Origin: Deltaproteobacteria bacterium
GTDB taxonomy: Bacteria > Myxococcota > Myxococcia > Myxococcales > 40CM-4-68-19
Assembly: GCA_005888115.1 (NCBI GenBank)
Contig: VBKO01000045.1
Location: 1-50,798, forward strand
DNA length: 50,798 nt
Reading direction: 5' to 3'
The notes under the pieces are model-generated. The model was given only the letters and a program-made list of their open reading frames with translations, did no database searches and was not told the origin of the DNA. The position numbers and the translations under genes are program-made. The stretch's first letter is position 1. Every line of letters begins with the position of its first letter. This document shows, one piece after another, positions 29,930 through 40,106 of this stretch.

Positions 29930-31396
29930 TCACTCTTCTGTCGAAAGGAGCGCGGCCAGGCGCGCGCCGTCGAGGCGCACCCGCAGCGTGCGTTCCTGGG
30001 TGGCGATCACCGAGCCTTCCGCGGCGCCCTTCGGCTTCCGCACGTGCTTGCGCCGCGTCCAGGAGATCTCGGCCGCATCCTCGCCACGCGCGCGAGAGAA
30101 GTGGGCGGCGAGCAGCGCTGCGTCACCCAGCGTGCGCGCGTCCGGAGCGTCGCCGGCGCCGCGGACGACGACGTGCGACCCTTGCACACCTCGCGCGTGC
30201 AGCCAGACGTCGTTGCCGCGCGCGACGCGCAGGGTGAGCTCGTCGTTGTCGCGCGCGCTGCGGCCGACCAGGATCCGCGCGCCGCTGGCCGAGCGGAACG
30301 TGCGGTAGGGAAGGCGCGCCATACCCCCCCGATCCGAAGGGCGCGGCGCCCGAGCCGCCAGCGTCGTCCCAGCCTCGGACTCGACGGCGCGCAACGCGGC
30401 TGCATCGGCAGCGGCGGCCGCGCGCGCGAGCAGCTCCTCGGCGCGCGCCAGGCTGCCCTTGACCTCGTCCCTCCGGCGCGCGATGCGCGCCGCCGCGGCC
30501 TGGTAGCGCTGCGAACGGCGGAACCAGCGGTCCGCGTTCCGGGCGGCCGAGAGGGCCGGGTCGAGCTGCAGCGTCACCTCGCGCGGGGCGCCCTGCTCGT
30601 CGAGGTCGCTCCAGTCGGGCACGCGCGCCTCGCGAGCGCCGCGCGGGATCCGCGACTGGTGGGGGACGAGCAGCTCCGCCCGTTTCCGGTCTTCCTTCGC
30701 TTGGGCCGCCCGTGCGGCGTCGCCCTCGACCGCGGCCAGGGTCCGGCGCAACCGCTGCACGCGCGCTCGCAGCCTTTTCTCCAGCTCGCGCCTGCGCAGC
30801 GCGAGGCCCGAGGCCTCCTCGGCCGCTAGAGCGGCGCGGACGAGCGCAGCGTCGTCGGTCGAGGTTGCCGTCGAGGTCGAGGTGGAGGCGGATTCGCCGG
30901 GATGGACCTCTCGCACCTCCGGATACGCGGCTCCCGGCCTGCGCTCGACTCCGGCGCCGGCGGCGGCCCAGACGATCCGCCCGCCGCCGTTCGCCGGCGC
31001 GACCAGCAAGAGCGCCGGGCCGTCTCCGGCGATCAGCGCCCTCGGTCCTGCGTCCGTCTCGAATTCAAGCCGCACCGCGATCCCGGTGCCGTGGAGCGGG
31101 TGCTCGAGCCGCGCGAAGAGGAGCCGCGCTCCTTCCAGCGCCGCGCGTAGCGTCGCCTGCGAGCGCGGCGCCGACTCGGGCGAGGTGGGCCGGTCGTCCG
31201 CGACCGCCGCAAGCCCCAGGCGGGCATCCAGCACGGCGAGCGCGGTGCGCCCCGGAACGCGGAGCTGCAGGACCGCGACCGCGGCCGACGGCAACCACAG
31301 CTTCTGGACGTTGGCGCCGGCGAGAGCACGCACGCCGTCGAGCAGGCGCGCACGCCGTTCGAGAGTCAGCTCATCGCCGGGAGGGATGCGGGCCAC
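29930..31396 (-). CDS. NFACT/FbpA (RqcH-like) protein with NFACT-R domain
   Basis: LDPALSAARNADRWFRR coiled coil, VGRSARDNDELT, WLHARGVQGSHVV, KHVRKPKGA. Confidence 0.8.
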   Translation of the reverse strand: MARIPPGDELTLERRARLLDGVRALAGANVQKLWLPSAAVAVLQLRVPGRTALAVLDARLGLAAVADDRPTSPESAPRSQATLRAALEGARLLFARLEHPLHGTGIAVRLEFETDAGPRALIAGDGPALLLVAPANGGGRIVWAAAGAGVERRPGAAYPEVREVHPGESASTSTSTATSTDDAALVRAALAAEEASGLALRRRELEKRLRARVQRLRRTLAAVEGDAARAAQAKEDRKRAELLVPHQSRIPRGAREARVPDWSDLDEQGAPREVTLQLDPALSAARNADRWFRRSQRYQAAAARIARRRDEVKGSLARAEELLARAAAAADAAALRAVESEAGTTLAARAPRPSDRGGMARLPYRTFRSASGARILVGRSARDNDELTLRVARGNDVWLHARGVQGSHVVVRGAGDAPDARTLGDAALLAAHFSRARGEDAAEISWTRRKHVRKPKGAAEGSVIATQERTLRVRLDGARLAALLSTEE

Positions 31397-31428
31397 GCGG
31401 TGGAAGCCTACCGCGCCAGGGGCCCGAG

Positions 31429-31452
31429 GGGCGGCCTCGGACGAGGCCGCCC
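31429..31452 (-). terminator. GC-rich hairpin downstream of the small basic ORF
   Basis: Perfect 10-bp stem GGGCGGCCTC-GGAC-GAGGCCGCCC; lacks a U-tract. Confidence 0.45.
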
Positions 31453-31468
31453 GGGAGCTGCCGGGCTA

Positions 31469-31552
31469 TTACTTCTTCGAGCCCCTTCTCTTCGTCGACC
31501 GCTTCGCGCCCTTCTTCGTTCCCTTCCGTGCGCCCTTCTTCTTCGTCGGCAT
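31469..31552 (-). CDS. Small Lys/Arg-rich protein MPTKKKGARKGTKKGAKRSTKRRGSKK (27 aa)
   Basis: Read manually; GGAGG SD, tandem TAA TAG stops, own promoter. Confidence 0.72.
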   Translation of the reverse strand: MPTKKKGARKGTKKGAKRSTKRRGSKK

Positions 31553-31619
31553 CGTTTCCACCCTCCGAAAACGTTGTTGGTGGTGCGGAGCATCGCGCGC
31601 GCGCAACCACTAGCCGCGC

Positions 31620-31648
31620 ACGATAGAGAGCGCGATCCACACTGTCAA
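31620..31648 (-). promoter_or_regulatory. Sigma-70 promoter TTGACA-N17-TATCGT
   Basis: -35 at 31643-31648, -10 at 31620-31625, AT-rich tract upstream (about 31672-31712). Confidence 0.75.
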
Positions 31649-31939
31649 GGAAGCGGCCGCGCCGATCACCGCGATTTTTAAGAGTGAAATCGATTTAACT
31701 CACAGTGAATAGAGATCGGCGCCGCGCGCCGCGCTCGCAAACGCGGTGGCGCCGGACACGGCTTCGCGGCGCCAGTCAAGTGCGCTCGATGTGGAGCTCG
31801 AGCGCGACGAGCCCCGCGCCGCCGATCCATGTCGACGGATGTGGGCGCGTGCACGACCGCTCGCCTGCCTGCTCACCCAGAGGAAGCGCGAGCACCTGTT
31901 GCTCAAGCGATCGGCCTGCCCCTAGAGTGGAAGCCGGGC

Positions 31940-32698
31940 ATGAAACCGACGCAGCTCCCCCTCTTCTCTTCCCGTGCGGCTGACCGTGCCGCAACCCTCC
32001 CGGCATGGCCGGAGCCACAAGCCGCCGCATCTCTCCTCGCCGAGCGCATCGGACGCCTGCTCCGCGAGCCGGTGGACGTGCACCTGACCGACAACGCCTG
32101 GACCATGGTGTCGTTCAAGCGCCTGCAGGGCCGCGTGCGCTTCCGGCTGCATCACATGTTCTCGGCGGCGAACGACGACGTGGTGCGGGCGCTGGCGGGG
32201 TTCACTGGACGGAACCGACGCACGCACGGGCGCGCGATCGACGACTACATCCGGGACAACCGCGACCTGATCCGCGTCGTACCGGAGCGGCCGCAGCAGA
32301 ACGTCACCGAGCGCGGGCGCGTCCACGATCTCGGCGAGATCTTCGCGCGGCTCAATGCGGAGCACTTCCACGGGAGCCTGGAGGCGCGGATCGGGTGGGG
32401 CCGCCGTGGTCCGGGCGGGCGGCGGCGGTCGATCAAGATGGGCGTGTACTTGCACGACCACAAGTTGATCCGGATCCACCCGGCCCTGGACGACGCGCGC
32501 GTGCCGCGCCACTTCGTCGAGCTGGTCGTGTTCCACGAGATGCTCCACCAGGCGATCCCACCGGTCAGCGGGCGCGACGGCCGCCGGATGGTGCACGGGC
32601 GCGACTTCCGCGCCCGCGAGCGGCGCTTCCCCGGCTACGAGCGCGCGCGCGCCTGGGAGAAGCAGAACCTGCATCTGTTGCTTCGCCAGCGTCCCTGA
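31940..32698 (+). CDS. SprT-like zinc metalloprotease domain protein
   Basis: LNAEHF, IRIHPALD, HEMLH, HGRDFRARE. Confidence 0.8.
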   Translation: MKPTQLPLFSSRAADRAATLPAWPEPQAAASLLAERIGRLLREPVDVHLTDNAWTMVSFKRLQGRVRFRLHHMFSAANDDVVRALAGFTGRNRRTHGRAIDDYIRDNRDLIRVVPERPQQNVTERGRVHDLGEIFARLNAEHFHGSLEARIGWGRRGPGGRRRSIKMGVYLHDHKLIRIHPALDDARVPRHFVELVVFHEMLHQAIPPVSGRDGRRMVHGRDFRARERRFPGYERARAWEKQNLHLLLRQRP

Positions 32699-32747
32699 AG
32701 CCGGCGCAGTGCAAAAGTGGCCCGGGCTCGACTACCCTGCTCCGGCC

Positions 32748-34823
32748 TTGCGCACGACCCTGCCCCTCTTCTTGCTGGCGCTCTGCGCTTGCGCGACGCC
32801 CTCGACGCCGTTCGAGGGCAGGCCGGTGCTGGTGGGGATCGACTTCGTCGGCAACAAGAGCATCTCGTCGGGGGAACTGCTCGAACACATCGCCACCGCT
32901 CCGACCAGCGGCTTCTTCACGAAGACGGCGCGGTACTACGACGCGGACCTGTTCGCCATCGACGTGAAGCGGATCGTCCGCTGGTACAACGAGAAGGGCT
33001 TCTACGAAGCGAAAGTCACCGGCCCCGACGAGGTGCGGGACGAGAAGGGGCGGGTGCGTCTCGTGGTTCGCATCGAGGAGGGCCGCCGCGCATACGTCAA
33101 GGACATCTGGTTCGTCGATACGGACGGCGTCACTCCGGACGAGATGGCGGACATCGATCGCGCCCTGGAGCTGCACCGGGGCGACGCCTTCGACGAGGAT
33201 CAGTACGAGCGCTCGAAGGACCAGCTGGTCGACCAGCTCAAGCAGCGTGGATTCGCCGAGGCGCAGGTGAAAGGGCAGGTGCGCGTGGCGCCGGAGGATG
33301 CCACGGCGTTCATCACCTACCAGCTCGATCCCGGGCCCCGGTACACCTTCGGGCGCGTGGTCGTGACCGGGAACCGCGCCATCGACACTTCCGAGATCAC
33401 CCGCGCGACAGGGATCCGCCGCGGCGACCTTTTCTCGCCGCGGGCCCTGCAGCTCGCGCAGCAGCGGGTTTACAACCTGGGCGCGTTCGCCGGGGCGCGG
33501 GTTTCGCTCGAGCCGCTGGGAGACAGCCCGGTGGCGGCGGTGCGGGTGACGGTGCGCGAGGCGCCCTTCCAGACCATCCGGGCGGGCATAGGAGGGCAGA
33601 TCGAGGAATTCCGCTGGGAGCTGCCGCGCCTTCGCGCCGACTACACCAACCGGAACCTCTTCGGAGGGCTGCGCCGCCTCGAGCTGAGCTCGACCTTCGG
33701 CTACGCGTTCGTGCCCAGCCTTCCGGACGTGATCCGGCGACCGCCGAACGTGAACACGCAGACGGGTCCCGTCACCTTGACCAGCGCGCAGATCGTCACG
33801 CCCAACATCCTCTTCCCAGGCCTCGACTTCGTCAGCCGCATCGAGTTCGCACGCGAGCTGCAGCAGGGGTTTGCCTACAACGAGATTGCAGGCAGGTTCG
33901 GTCCCCTTTACCGCTTCGACAGACACACGATCGCCGCGTCGCTGAACTTCGTGCGCTACTTCGACGCGCTTCTGAACGGCGTCGATTTGACCCAGCTGCT
34001 GCAGCAGGGCGGGCCGACCAACCTGGTGGGGTGCGACAAGGCCTGCACCCTCACCTATCCGGAGCTGCGGTACACCTACGACTCGCGCGACAACGTGCTC
34101 GAGCCGACCACGGGCTTTCTCGGCACCTTTTCGCTGCAGCAGACCCTCAAGCCTGGCTCCTTCAGCTACTTCCGGCTGGAGCCCGAGGTGCGCGCCTACT
34201 TTCCCATGACGCCGTGGCTGGTGTTCGCCGCCCGCGCGCAGTACGGCGCCCTCCTCCTGGAAGGGACTTCGGCGAGCCCGTTCACCCAGCGGTTCTTCGG
34301 AGGTGGGCAGAGCTATCAACGCGGGTACGCCTCGTTCGGCCAGGGACCGAAGGTGGGCGGGTCGCCGACGGCGGGCGTCGGCCAGGCGCTGATCACGCCG
34401 TTCGGTCCCGTTCAAAGCTACTGGTCGACATACGCCTCGGTCGGCGGAAACGGCGCCGCCTTGCTGTCCGGCGAGCTGCGCTTCCGCACGGACTTCCTGC
34501 TTCGGCACAGCGGGATCGTTCTGTTCACCGATGCCAGCCGCATCACGGCCAACCCGAGCCTTCCGTGGGAGGGACGGTTGGAGGTCGCGCCGGGCATCGG
34601 GCTCCGCTACATCACTCCATTCGGCCCCATCCGGTTGGACGTCGCCTACGTGCTGAATCCGGCAGCGGTGGTCGCGGGAGGTCTGACGGCCGTGGATCCG
34701 GGCACGGGATTACAGCGACCGGTCGCGGACACGCCGATCGGGCCGGATTGCATCGAGGCCACGCATACCTGCATCTTCCAGCGCCGCTGGTCCTATCACC
34801 TGACCCTGGGCGAGGCGTTCTGA
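32748..34823 (+). CDS. tamA: Omp85 family TamA-like outer-membrane protein
   Basis: Lipobox LCAC, POTRA repeats, RFFGGG..RGY, GLRYITPFGPIRLD, terminal GEAF; directly upstream of tamB. Confidence 0.85.
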   Translation: MRTTLPLFLLALCACATPSTPFEGRPVLVGIDFVGNKSISSGELLEHIATAPTSGFFTKTARYYDADLFAIDVKRIVRWYNEKGFYEAKVTGPDEVRDEKGRVRLVVRIEEGRRAYVKDIWFVDTDGVTPDEMADIDRALELHRGDAFDEDQYERSKDQLVDQLKQRGFAEAQVKGQVRVAPEDATAFITYQLDPGPRYTFGRVVVTGNRAIDTSEITRATGIRRGDLFSPRALQLAQQRVYNLGAFAGARVSLEPLGDSPVAAVRVTVREAPFQTIRAGIGGQIEEFRWELPRLRADYTNRNLFGGLRRLELSSTFGYAFVPSLPDVIRRPPNVNTQTGPVTLTSAQIVTPNILFPGLDFVSRIEFARELQQGFAYNEIAGRFGPLYRFDRHTIAASLNFVRYFDALLNGVDLTQLLQQGGPTNLVGCDKACTLTYPELRYTYDSRDNVLEPTTGFLGTFSLQQTLKPGSFSYFRLEPEVRAYFPMTPWLVFAARAQYGALLLEGTSASPFTQRFFGGGQSYQRGYASFGQGPKVGGSPTAGVGQALITPFGPVQSYWSTYASVGGNGAALLSGELRFRTDFLLRHSGIVLFTDASRITANPSLPWEGRLEVAPGIGLRYITPFGPIRLDVAYVLNPAAVVAGGLTAVDPGTGLQRPVADTPIGPDCIEATHTCIFQRRWSYHLTLGEAF

Positions 34824-34880
34824 CACTTAGCGTCCGACGAAGCTGCCGCCGCGTTCCACCGCAGCTAAAATTGCAAGCGC

Positions 34881-37800
34881 GTGAGCGAACCCCACCCGCC
34901 CGAGACGACGCCTGTCTACGTGCCCCGGCCAGGCGCGCGGCCGCCGATGCGCCGCCGCCGGCGCCCGGCGCTGCGCGGAATCGGGGTCGCCGCGGCAGCG
35001 CTGCTCGGTCTCGTGCTGCTGGCGATCGTGGTGGCGCTCGTCTGGCTGCACACCGGGACCGGTGCCCGCAAGCTGGGCGAAGTCGTCACCGAGCAGGCGC
35101 GCAACGCGATCCGCGGCCGGCTGACGGTGCGCGCCCTCGAGGTACGCGGCTTCTTGACCATCTGCGCGGACGGCGTGGACCTGCGCGACCCGGACGGGAA
35201 CCCGGCGCTCGCCGCCGACCGGGTCTGCCTGCACGTGAACCCGATCGCCCTGCGGACCAACAAGGTGTTGCTCAGCGACGTGCAGCTGATCCGGCCACGC
35301 ATCGACATCGCGACGGTGACGGGACCGGACGGCAAGCCGGCGACGACGCTCAGCCGCGCGCTCGAGCCGCGCATCCCGCCGGCGGAAACCCAGCCGCAGA
35401 GCGGTCCGTTCAAGTGGGTCATCGACGTGACCCGCCTCCGGCTCGAGAACGGCAGCATCGCCCTGCGTCCGGCGCCGCGCGCCGATGCGAGCTTCGCGCT
35501 CGAGGGCGCCGCGATCACCGCGCCGCATGCGCGGTACGCCGCCGACGGCGCCGATGCGCGGCTCACCTTCCAGGCCGAGCTGACCTCGCCCGGAACGGAC
35601 CGGGTCGCGCTGGAGGTCGATGCGCAGCTCACCGGCTCCGCGAAGACTGGCAGCGCCGAGGTGCGCGCGCTCCAGGTGGGGCTGGGGGAGAGCGGATTCT
35701 CCGGCCAGGGGCGGTACGACCTCGCGGCGCGTACCGGGGAGCTGCATCTCCAAAAGCTTCGGCTGGCGCCGCGAGATCTCTCGGTCCTGCTGCGCGGCCA
35801 GCCATCGCCGCTGTCGGGCGAGGTGCGGGGCGAAGCCGACGCCCGGATGCAGGGCGACTCCATCGCGCTTGCGGCGCGCCTCGAGGTCGGTGGCGGCCGG
35901 GCGCAGCTCGACGCCGACGTCACGCTGGGAACGCCTCCGCGGTGGCAAGTGGCGCTCACACTGGACGGCGTCGATCCAGCGCGCGTCGCCGTGGCCGGGC
36001 CGGAAGGCGAGGTGAGCGCGCGACTCGAGGCGCGCGGCCGCGGCGTACCGCAGCTCGACGCGCACGGAGTCCGCGGCGACCTGGGCCTGCGCGCCCATGT
36101 CGGGCCGGCGCGCATCGACCGCGTCGGCGAGGTGCGCCTCGACGTCCAGGCCGACGTGCAGGGCCGCGACGCGCTGGTGCGCGCCTTCACTGCGACCGCG
36201 CTCGGCCTCCAGGTCTCGGCGCACGGCACTGCCTCCTTCGATGCAGTCGCGCTCGACCTCGACGTGAACGCTCCGGACCTGCGCGTGGTCGGCCGCGCAG
36301 TGGGCGCTCTGCAGAAGCAGCCTTCGCTGCCGCTCTCGGGCTCGGCGCACCTCGCGGCGCACCTCACCGGGTCGCCGCGTGCGCCCGATGCCCAGGTGCA
36401 TCTGCGCGTCCCCGAGGTCCGGCTGGACGGCCAGTTCGCCGCCCGGACCCTGGCCGTCGACGGGAACCTGCGCGGGACGCTCGCGGCGCCGGACGGCAAC
36501 CTGCGGCTGACGGCGGCATCGCTCGACGCCGGTCAGATCGCCTTGCAGTCGCCGCGTATCGACGCCACGCTGCGGTGGCCGTGGGCGAACCTGCGCATCG
36601 ACTCCGCGGTCGCGCAGGGCCGCGTGCTGCTCGCCGGCGACGCACGCATCGACGACGATCGGGACGGGCTGCGCCTGGCCAACTTCACCGTCGCCTGGCC
36701 TGGCAACGAGCTGCGCCTGGCGCACGATACGCGCATCCACTTCCGCGAAGGGGTGACCATCGTCGAGCCGCTCGACCTGGTGGGTGACCACGGATCGCTG
36801 CGCTTGTCCGCCCAGCTCACGCCGGTCCGCGTGGACGCAGCCGCGGTGGTGAAGGAATTCGACCTCTCGCGCCTGCCCGCCTTCGCGCTGCCGCCGGATC
36901 TGGGACTGCACGGGCGGCTGGACGGGAACCTGGTGGTGAACGGTCCCAAGTCCCGGCCCGAGCTGGACCTGGAGGTGGACGTGCTCGGCGCGGGAGTGCG
37001 GCAGACCGTCGATCTGCCGATCGATGCGCACACGCACGCGCATCTGCACGGCGGGCGGTTGCGCGCGGAGGGCTTCGTGCGCGCGCAGCGTGGAGGGCCG
37101 GAGCTGCGCTTCGACGCGGACGCGCCCGTGCAGGCGCTGCCGGATCTGCCGCCCACCACGCCCGTGCGCGCCGACGTCCAGCTGCGCGGCGCCGACCTGG
37201 CGCAGATCGGCGCGCGCTTGCACCTGGACCGCCTGCGCAGCCAGGAGCTCCAGGGGGCGGTCGATGCCCGTCTGCTGGCGACCGGCACCCTGGGTTCCCC
37301 GCGCGCTACGCTCTCCATCGAGGCCCTCGGCGTCGCTACGGCGCGCGTGCGCGACGTGAACCTGCGCGCCGGCGTGGTGCTGGACAAGGGCCGCGCCGCG
37401 CTGGACGGCGCGCTCACGGTGGGCGGCGAGCCGGCGGTGAGCCTCTCCGGGCAGACCCCGTTCGACCTCTCCCGCGCGTTCCGGGACCATTCCTATCTCG
37501 CAGGGGCGCTGCGGCGCCCCGTGCAGCTCGACCTGGCCGTGGTGCAGCTGCCGCTCGAGCGGCTCGCCCGGGCCCGAGCGCTGCCCGACAATGCGAAGGG
37601 GGAAGTGAGCCTCTCCCTCCATCTCACAGGAACGCCGCTGGCGCCGCAGCTCGCGGCGTCGGCGCGCGGCGAGGGCATCACCTCGGGGAAGGTGCGCGGG
37701 CTCTCCTTCCAGACGCAGCTCGCCGTCGACGAAGGCGTGAAGCTTTCCTTCGGGGCGCAGTCGAACGGCGACCCGATCGGCAGGCTGGAGGCGACCGCGG

Positions 37801-39632
37801 CGCTCTCCGGCGCGGAGCTGGTGGAGCTCGCGCGCGCCAAGGTCGATCCGGCGTCGCTCGAGCCGCTGCTCGGGCGCGGCCTTTCCCTGACCCTCGACGT
37901 GCCGGGGCTGCTGGTGGGCCGCGTCGCGAATCTCGCTGGCCAGGATCGAAGTCCTGCCGAGGGGCGGCTGCAAGGCCGCCTGGCCCTGAGCGGCACGGCC
38001 GCCTCGCCACGCCTGCAGGGACAGTTCCAGCTCCGCGACGTCGAGCGCGAACGCAAGCACCTCGGCAACGCCGACCTGTACGTCGAGGCGACGCGCGACG
38101 GCGCCCTGCTGCACCTGGGCATCAACCCGCCGGGGGGCGGCAGCTTCCTGGGCCACGCGAACCTGATCGCGGATCTCGGCGCGCGCACACTGCTGCGCAA
38201 GGGAGCCGCCTCCGTGCTCGACGGCGAGCTGAGCGGACAGGTCGACGCGCGCCACCTGGACCTGGCGTTCCTTTCGGGCGTCGCGCCGCGGCTGCGCGGC
38301 ACCGGCGGTACGCTCGACGCGCAGGTCAAGGTGAGCGGCCTCTTGGGAAAGCCGAAGCCGGAAGGGAATGCGCGTCTGCGCGGCGGCCAGTTCGACGTGG
38401 TCGGGCAGGGCGTGTTCCAGGACGTATCGCTTGCCGCGACTTTCTCGCCCAAGGAGGTCGTGGTCGAGCGGCTGAGCGGGTCGCTGAGCGGCGGGACGTT
38501 CTCGGCGGTGCTGGTCGGTTCGCAGCGGGCGGGCGCCACCGCCGACGCGGCCGGCGCGATCGATTTCACGGGGGAGGTACACCTGGGCGACGACGAATCG
38601 GTGAAGGGGCGCGTCGTCGACGGGAAGCCGGTGCGGAAGGCCGCGGTGCCGCTCCGCCAGGCGGGCGAGGAGCGCGCCACCGTGGAGGGCGAGCTGGACG
38701 TGTTCGGCGATTTCACGGACGGTATGCTCACCCTGAACGCCAAGATCCCGGATGCCAACGTTCGCGTCCTGCAGCTCCCGAGCAAGAAGCTCCCCGGCCT
38801 CGATCCACATCCCGACGTGCTGCTGGTGCACGCCGGCGAGAAGGCGCACCCGCCGGGCAAGGAGCCCGATGAAGTGGAGCGCGAGATCGAGGCGCAGCGC
38901 ACGGCGAACTTCCGCCTGCACGCGAAGCTCGATATCGAGCACCTGTACGTCGCCGCCGAGGACTTCGAGTTCCCGGTGGAGAGTCACCTCACCTTCGACT
39001 ACGACGCGCAGCATCCCGACCAGCCCACCGCCGATGGGACAATCGTCGTGCCGCAGGGTTCGTTCAGCGCGCTTGGCCGCCGGTTCGTCATCGACCACGC
39101 GAAGATCACCGAGACCGGCGGCGACCTGGCCGACCCGGAGCTCGACATCCGCGCCCGATTCGAGAGCGCGAAGGCGACGGTGAACATCGTCATCTCCGGC
39201 AGCGCCAAGGAGCCGCAGGTCGATCTCACTTCCAATCCAGCGATGGATCAGGACGCGATCGCGTTCTTCCTCGCCACCGGCCGCATCGAAGGGCGCGCGA
39301 CGCAGAACGGCGGAGGCGTCGACCTGTCGGGCGCGGCGAGCAGCGTGCTGGGCAGCCTGCTGTTCGGCCAGCTGCGCAAGACTCTCGCGAGCGTCCTGCC
39401 CGTCGACGTTCTCACCATCGAGACGCAAGGGACGGGAGTGGCGCAAGCCAGCGTGGGCAAGTACATCGGCGACCGCATCTTCATCGGCTACCGGCAGCGT
39501 CTCACGCCGGCTCCCAACGAGAACACGGTCGAGGGCCGGCTGGAATACGAGATCAGCAAATCGCTCACTGCCGAGGCCACCATGGGCGACGTGTCCAGCG
39601 AAGTGTCCATCCTGTACACGCACGACTTCTGA
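34881..39632 (+). CDS. tamB: Translocation/assembly module TamB
   Basis: N-terminal TM, long beta-taenia-like body, DUF490-like end (DPELDIRA, VGKYIGDRIF, EYEIS). Confidence 0.85.
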   Translation: MSEPHPPETTPVYVPRPGARPPMRRRRRPALRGIGVAAAALLGLVLLAIVVALVWLHTGTGARKLGEVVTEQARNAIRGRLTVRALEVRGFLTICADGVDLRDPDGNPALAADRVCLHVNPIALRTNKVLLSDVQLIRPRIDIATVTGPDGKPATTLSRALEPRIPPAETQPQSGPFKWVIDVTRLRLENGSIALRPAPRADASFALEGAAITAPHARYAADGADARLTFQAELTSPGTDRVALEVDAQLTGSAKTGSAEVRALQVGLGESGFSGQGRYDLAARTGELHLQKLRLAPRDLSVLLRGQPSPLSGEVRGEADARMQGDSIALAARLEVGGGRAQLDADVTLGTPPRWQVALTLDGVDPARVAVAGPEGEVSARLEARGRGVPQLDAHGVRGDLGLRAHVGPARIDRVGEVRLDVQADVQGRDALVRAFTATALGLQVSAHGTASFDAVALDLDVNAPDLRVVGRAVGALQKQPSLPLSGSAHLAAHLTGSPRAPDAQVHLRVPEVRLDGQFAARTLAVDGNLRGTLAAPDGNLRLTAASLDAGQIALQSPRIDATLRWPWANLRIDSAVAQGRVLLAGDARIDDDRDGLRLANFTVAWPGNELRLAHDTRIHFREGVTIVEPLDLVGDHGSLRLSAQLTPVRVDAAAVVKEFDLSRLPAFALPPDLGLHGRLDGNLVVNGPKSRPELDLEVDVLGAGVRQTVDLPIDAHTHAHLHGGRLRAEGFVRAQRGGPELRFDADAPVQALPDLPPTTPVRADVQLRGADLAQIGARLHLDRLRSQELQGAVDARLLATGTLGSPRATLSIEALGVATARVRDVNLRAGVVLDKGRAALDGALTVGGEPAVSLSGQTPFDLSRAFRDHSYLAGALRRPVQLDLAVVQLPLERLARARALPDNAKGEVSLSLHLTGTPLAPQLAASARGEGITSGKVRGLSFQTQLAVDEGVKLSFGAQSNGDPIGRLEATAALSGAELVELARAKVDPASLEPLLGRGLSLTLDVPGLLVGRVANLAGQDRSPAEGRLQGRLALSGTAASPRLQGQFQLRDVERERKHLGNADLYVEATRDGALLHLGINPPGGGSFLGHANLIADLGARTLLRKGAASVLDGELSGQVDARHLDLAFLSGVAPRLRGTGGTLDAQVKVSGLLGKPKPEGNARLRGGQFDVVGQGVFQDVSLAATFSPKEVVVERLSGSLSGGTFSAVLVGSQRAGATADAAGAIDFTGEVHLGDDESVKGRVVDGKPVRKAAVPLRQAGEERATVEGELDVFGDFTDGMLTLNAKIPDANVRVLQLPSKKLPGLDPHPDVLLVHAGEKAHPPGKEPDEVEREIEAQRTANFRLHAKLDIEHLYVAAEDFEFPVESHLTFDYDAQHPDQPTADGTIVVPQGSFSALGRRFVIDHAKITETGGDLADPELDIRARFESAKATVNIVISGSAKEPQVDLTSNPAMDQDAIAFFLATGRIEGRATQNGGGVDLSGAASSVLGSLLFGQLRKTLASVLPVDVLTIETQGTGVAQASVGKYIGDRIFIGYRQRLTPAPNENTVEGRLEYEISKSLTAEATMGDVSSEVSILYTHDF

Positions 39633-39638
39633 GGCCCC

Positions 39639-40106
39639 TCAGCGGTGCCGCACCCGGATGGCCCAGCCCAGCTGCAGGAGGCCCTTCAGGACGCGCGGAA
39701 CGCGCCGGATCCAGGGCCGGCCGTCGTTCGCGCCGCGCATCGCCTTGGAGCCGACCACCAGATCGGCGCCCTCGGCGATGAGCGGGAGCGCGCGTTGGTA
39801 GAAGCCCACGTCACACAGGTCGATCTCGTCGCAGATCACCACCCGGCCGCGCGCTTCGAGGATGCCGCGCTTCAGGGCGCGCCCGTAGTTGGGCTGTTCC
39901 TCGTGGAACCAGCGCACGCGCGGATCCGACAGCGCGAGCTGGCGCAGGGCGTCCTCGGTGCCGTCGCGCGAGCCGTTCTCCGCCAGCACGATCTCGTAGT
40001 CCCAACCCAGCGCGTCGAGCTTGCGGCCCAGGTCGTGGACGGCGTCGCGAACGATGCTCGCCTCGTTGTAGACGGGGATGACGACCGAGATCTCCGGCGC
40101 GCTCAT
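39639..40106 (-). CDS. Glycosyltransferase family 2, apparently internally deleted (155 aa)
   Basis: SVVIPVYNE, ENGSRDGT, NYGRALKRG, DEID, DLVVGSK, then an abrupt jump to a C-terminal helix. Confidence 0.7.
   Translation of the reverse strand: MSAPEISVVIPVYNEASIVRDAVHDLGRKLDALGWDYEIVLAENGSRDGTEDALRQLALSDPRVRWFHEEQPNYGRALKRGILEARGRVVICDEIDLCDVGFYQRALPLIAEGADLVVGSKAMRGANDGRPWIRRVPRVLKGLLQLGWAIRVRHR

Noticed and set aside
32717-39623. Very long alternative-frame and antisense ORFs (e.g. 32717..36787 +, 34827..39623 -, and elsewhere 42314..45355 -, 15246..17411 -)
   Set aside because: Shadow ORFs caused by stop-codon scarcity in high-GC DNA. They are Arg/Ala/Pro-rich, have no motifs and overlap well-supported genes.
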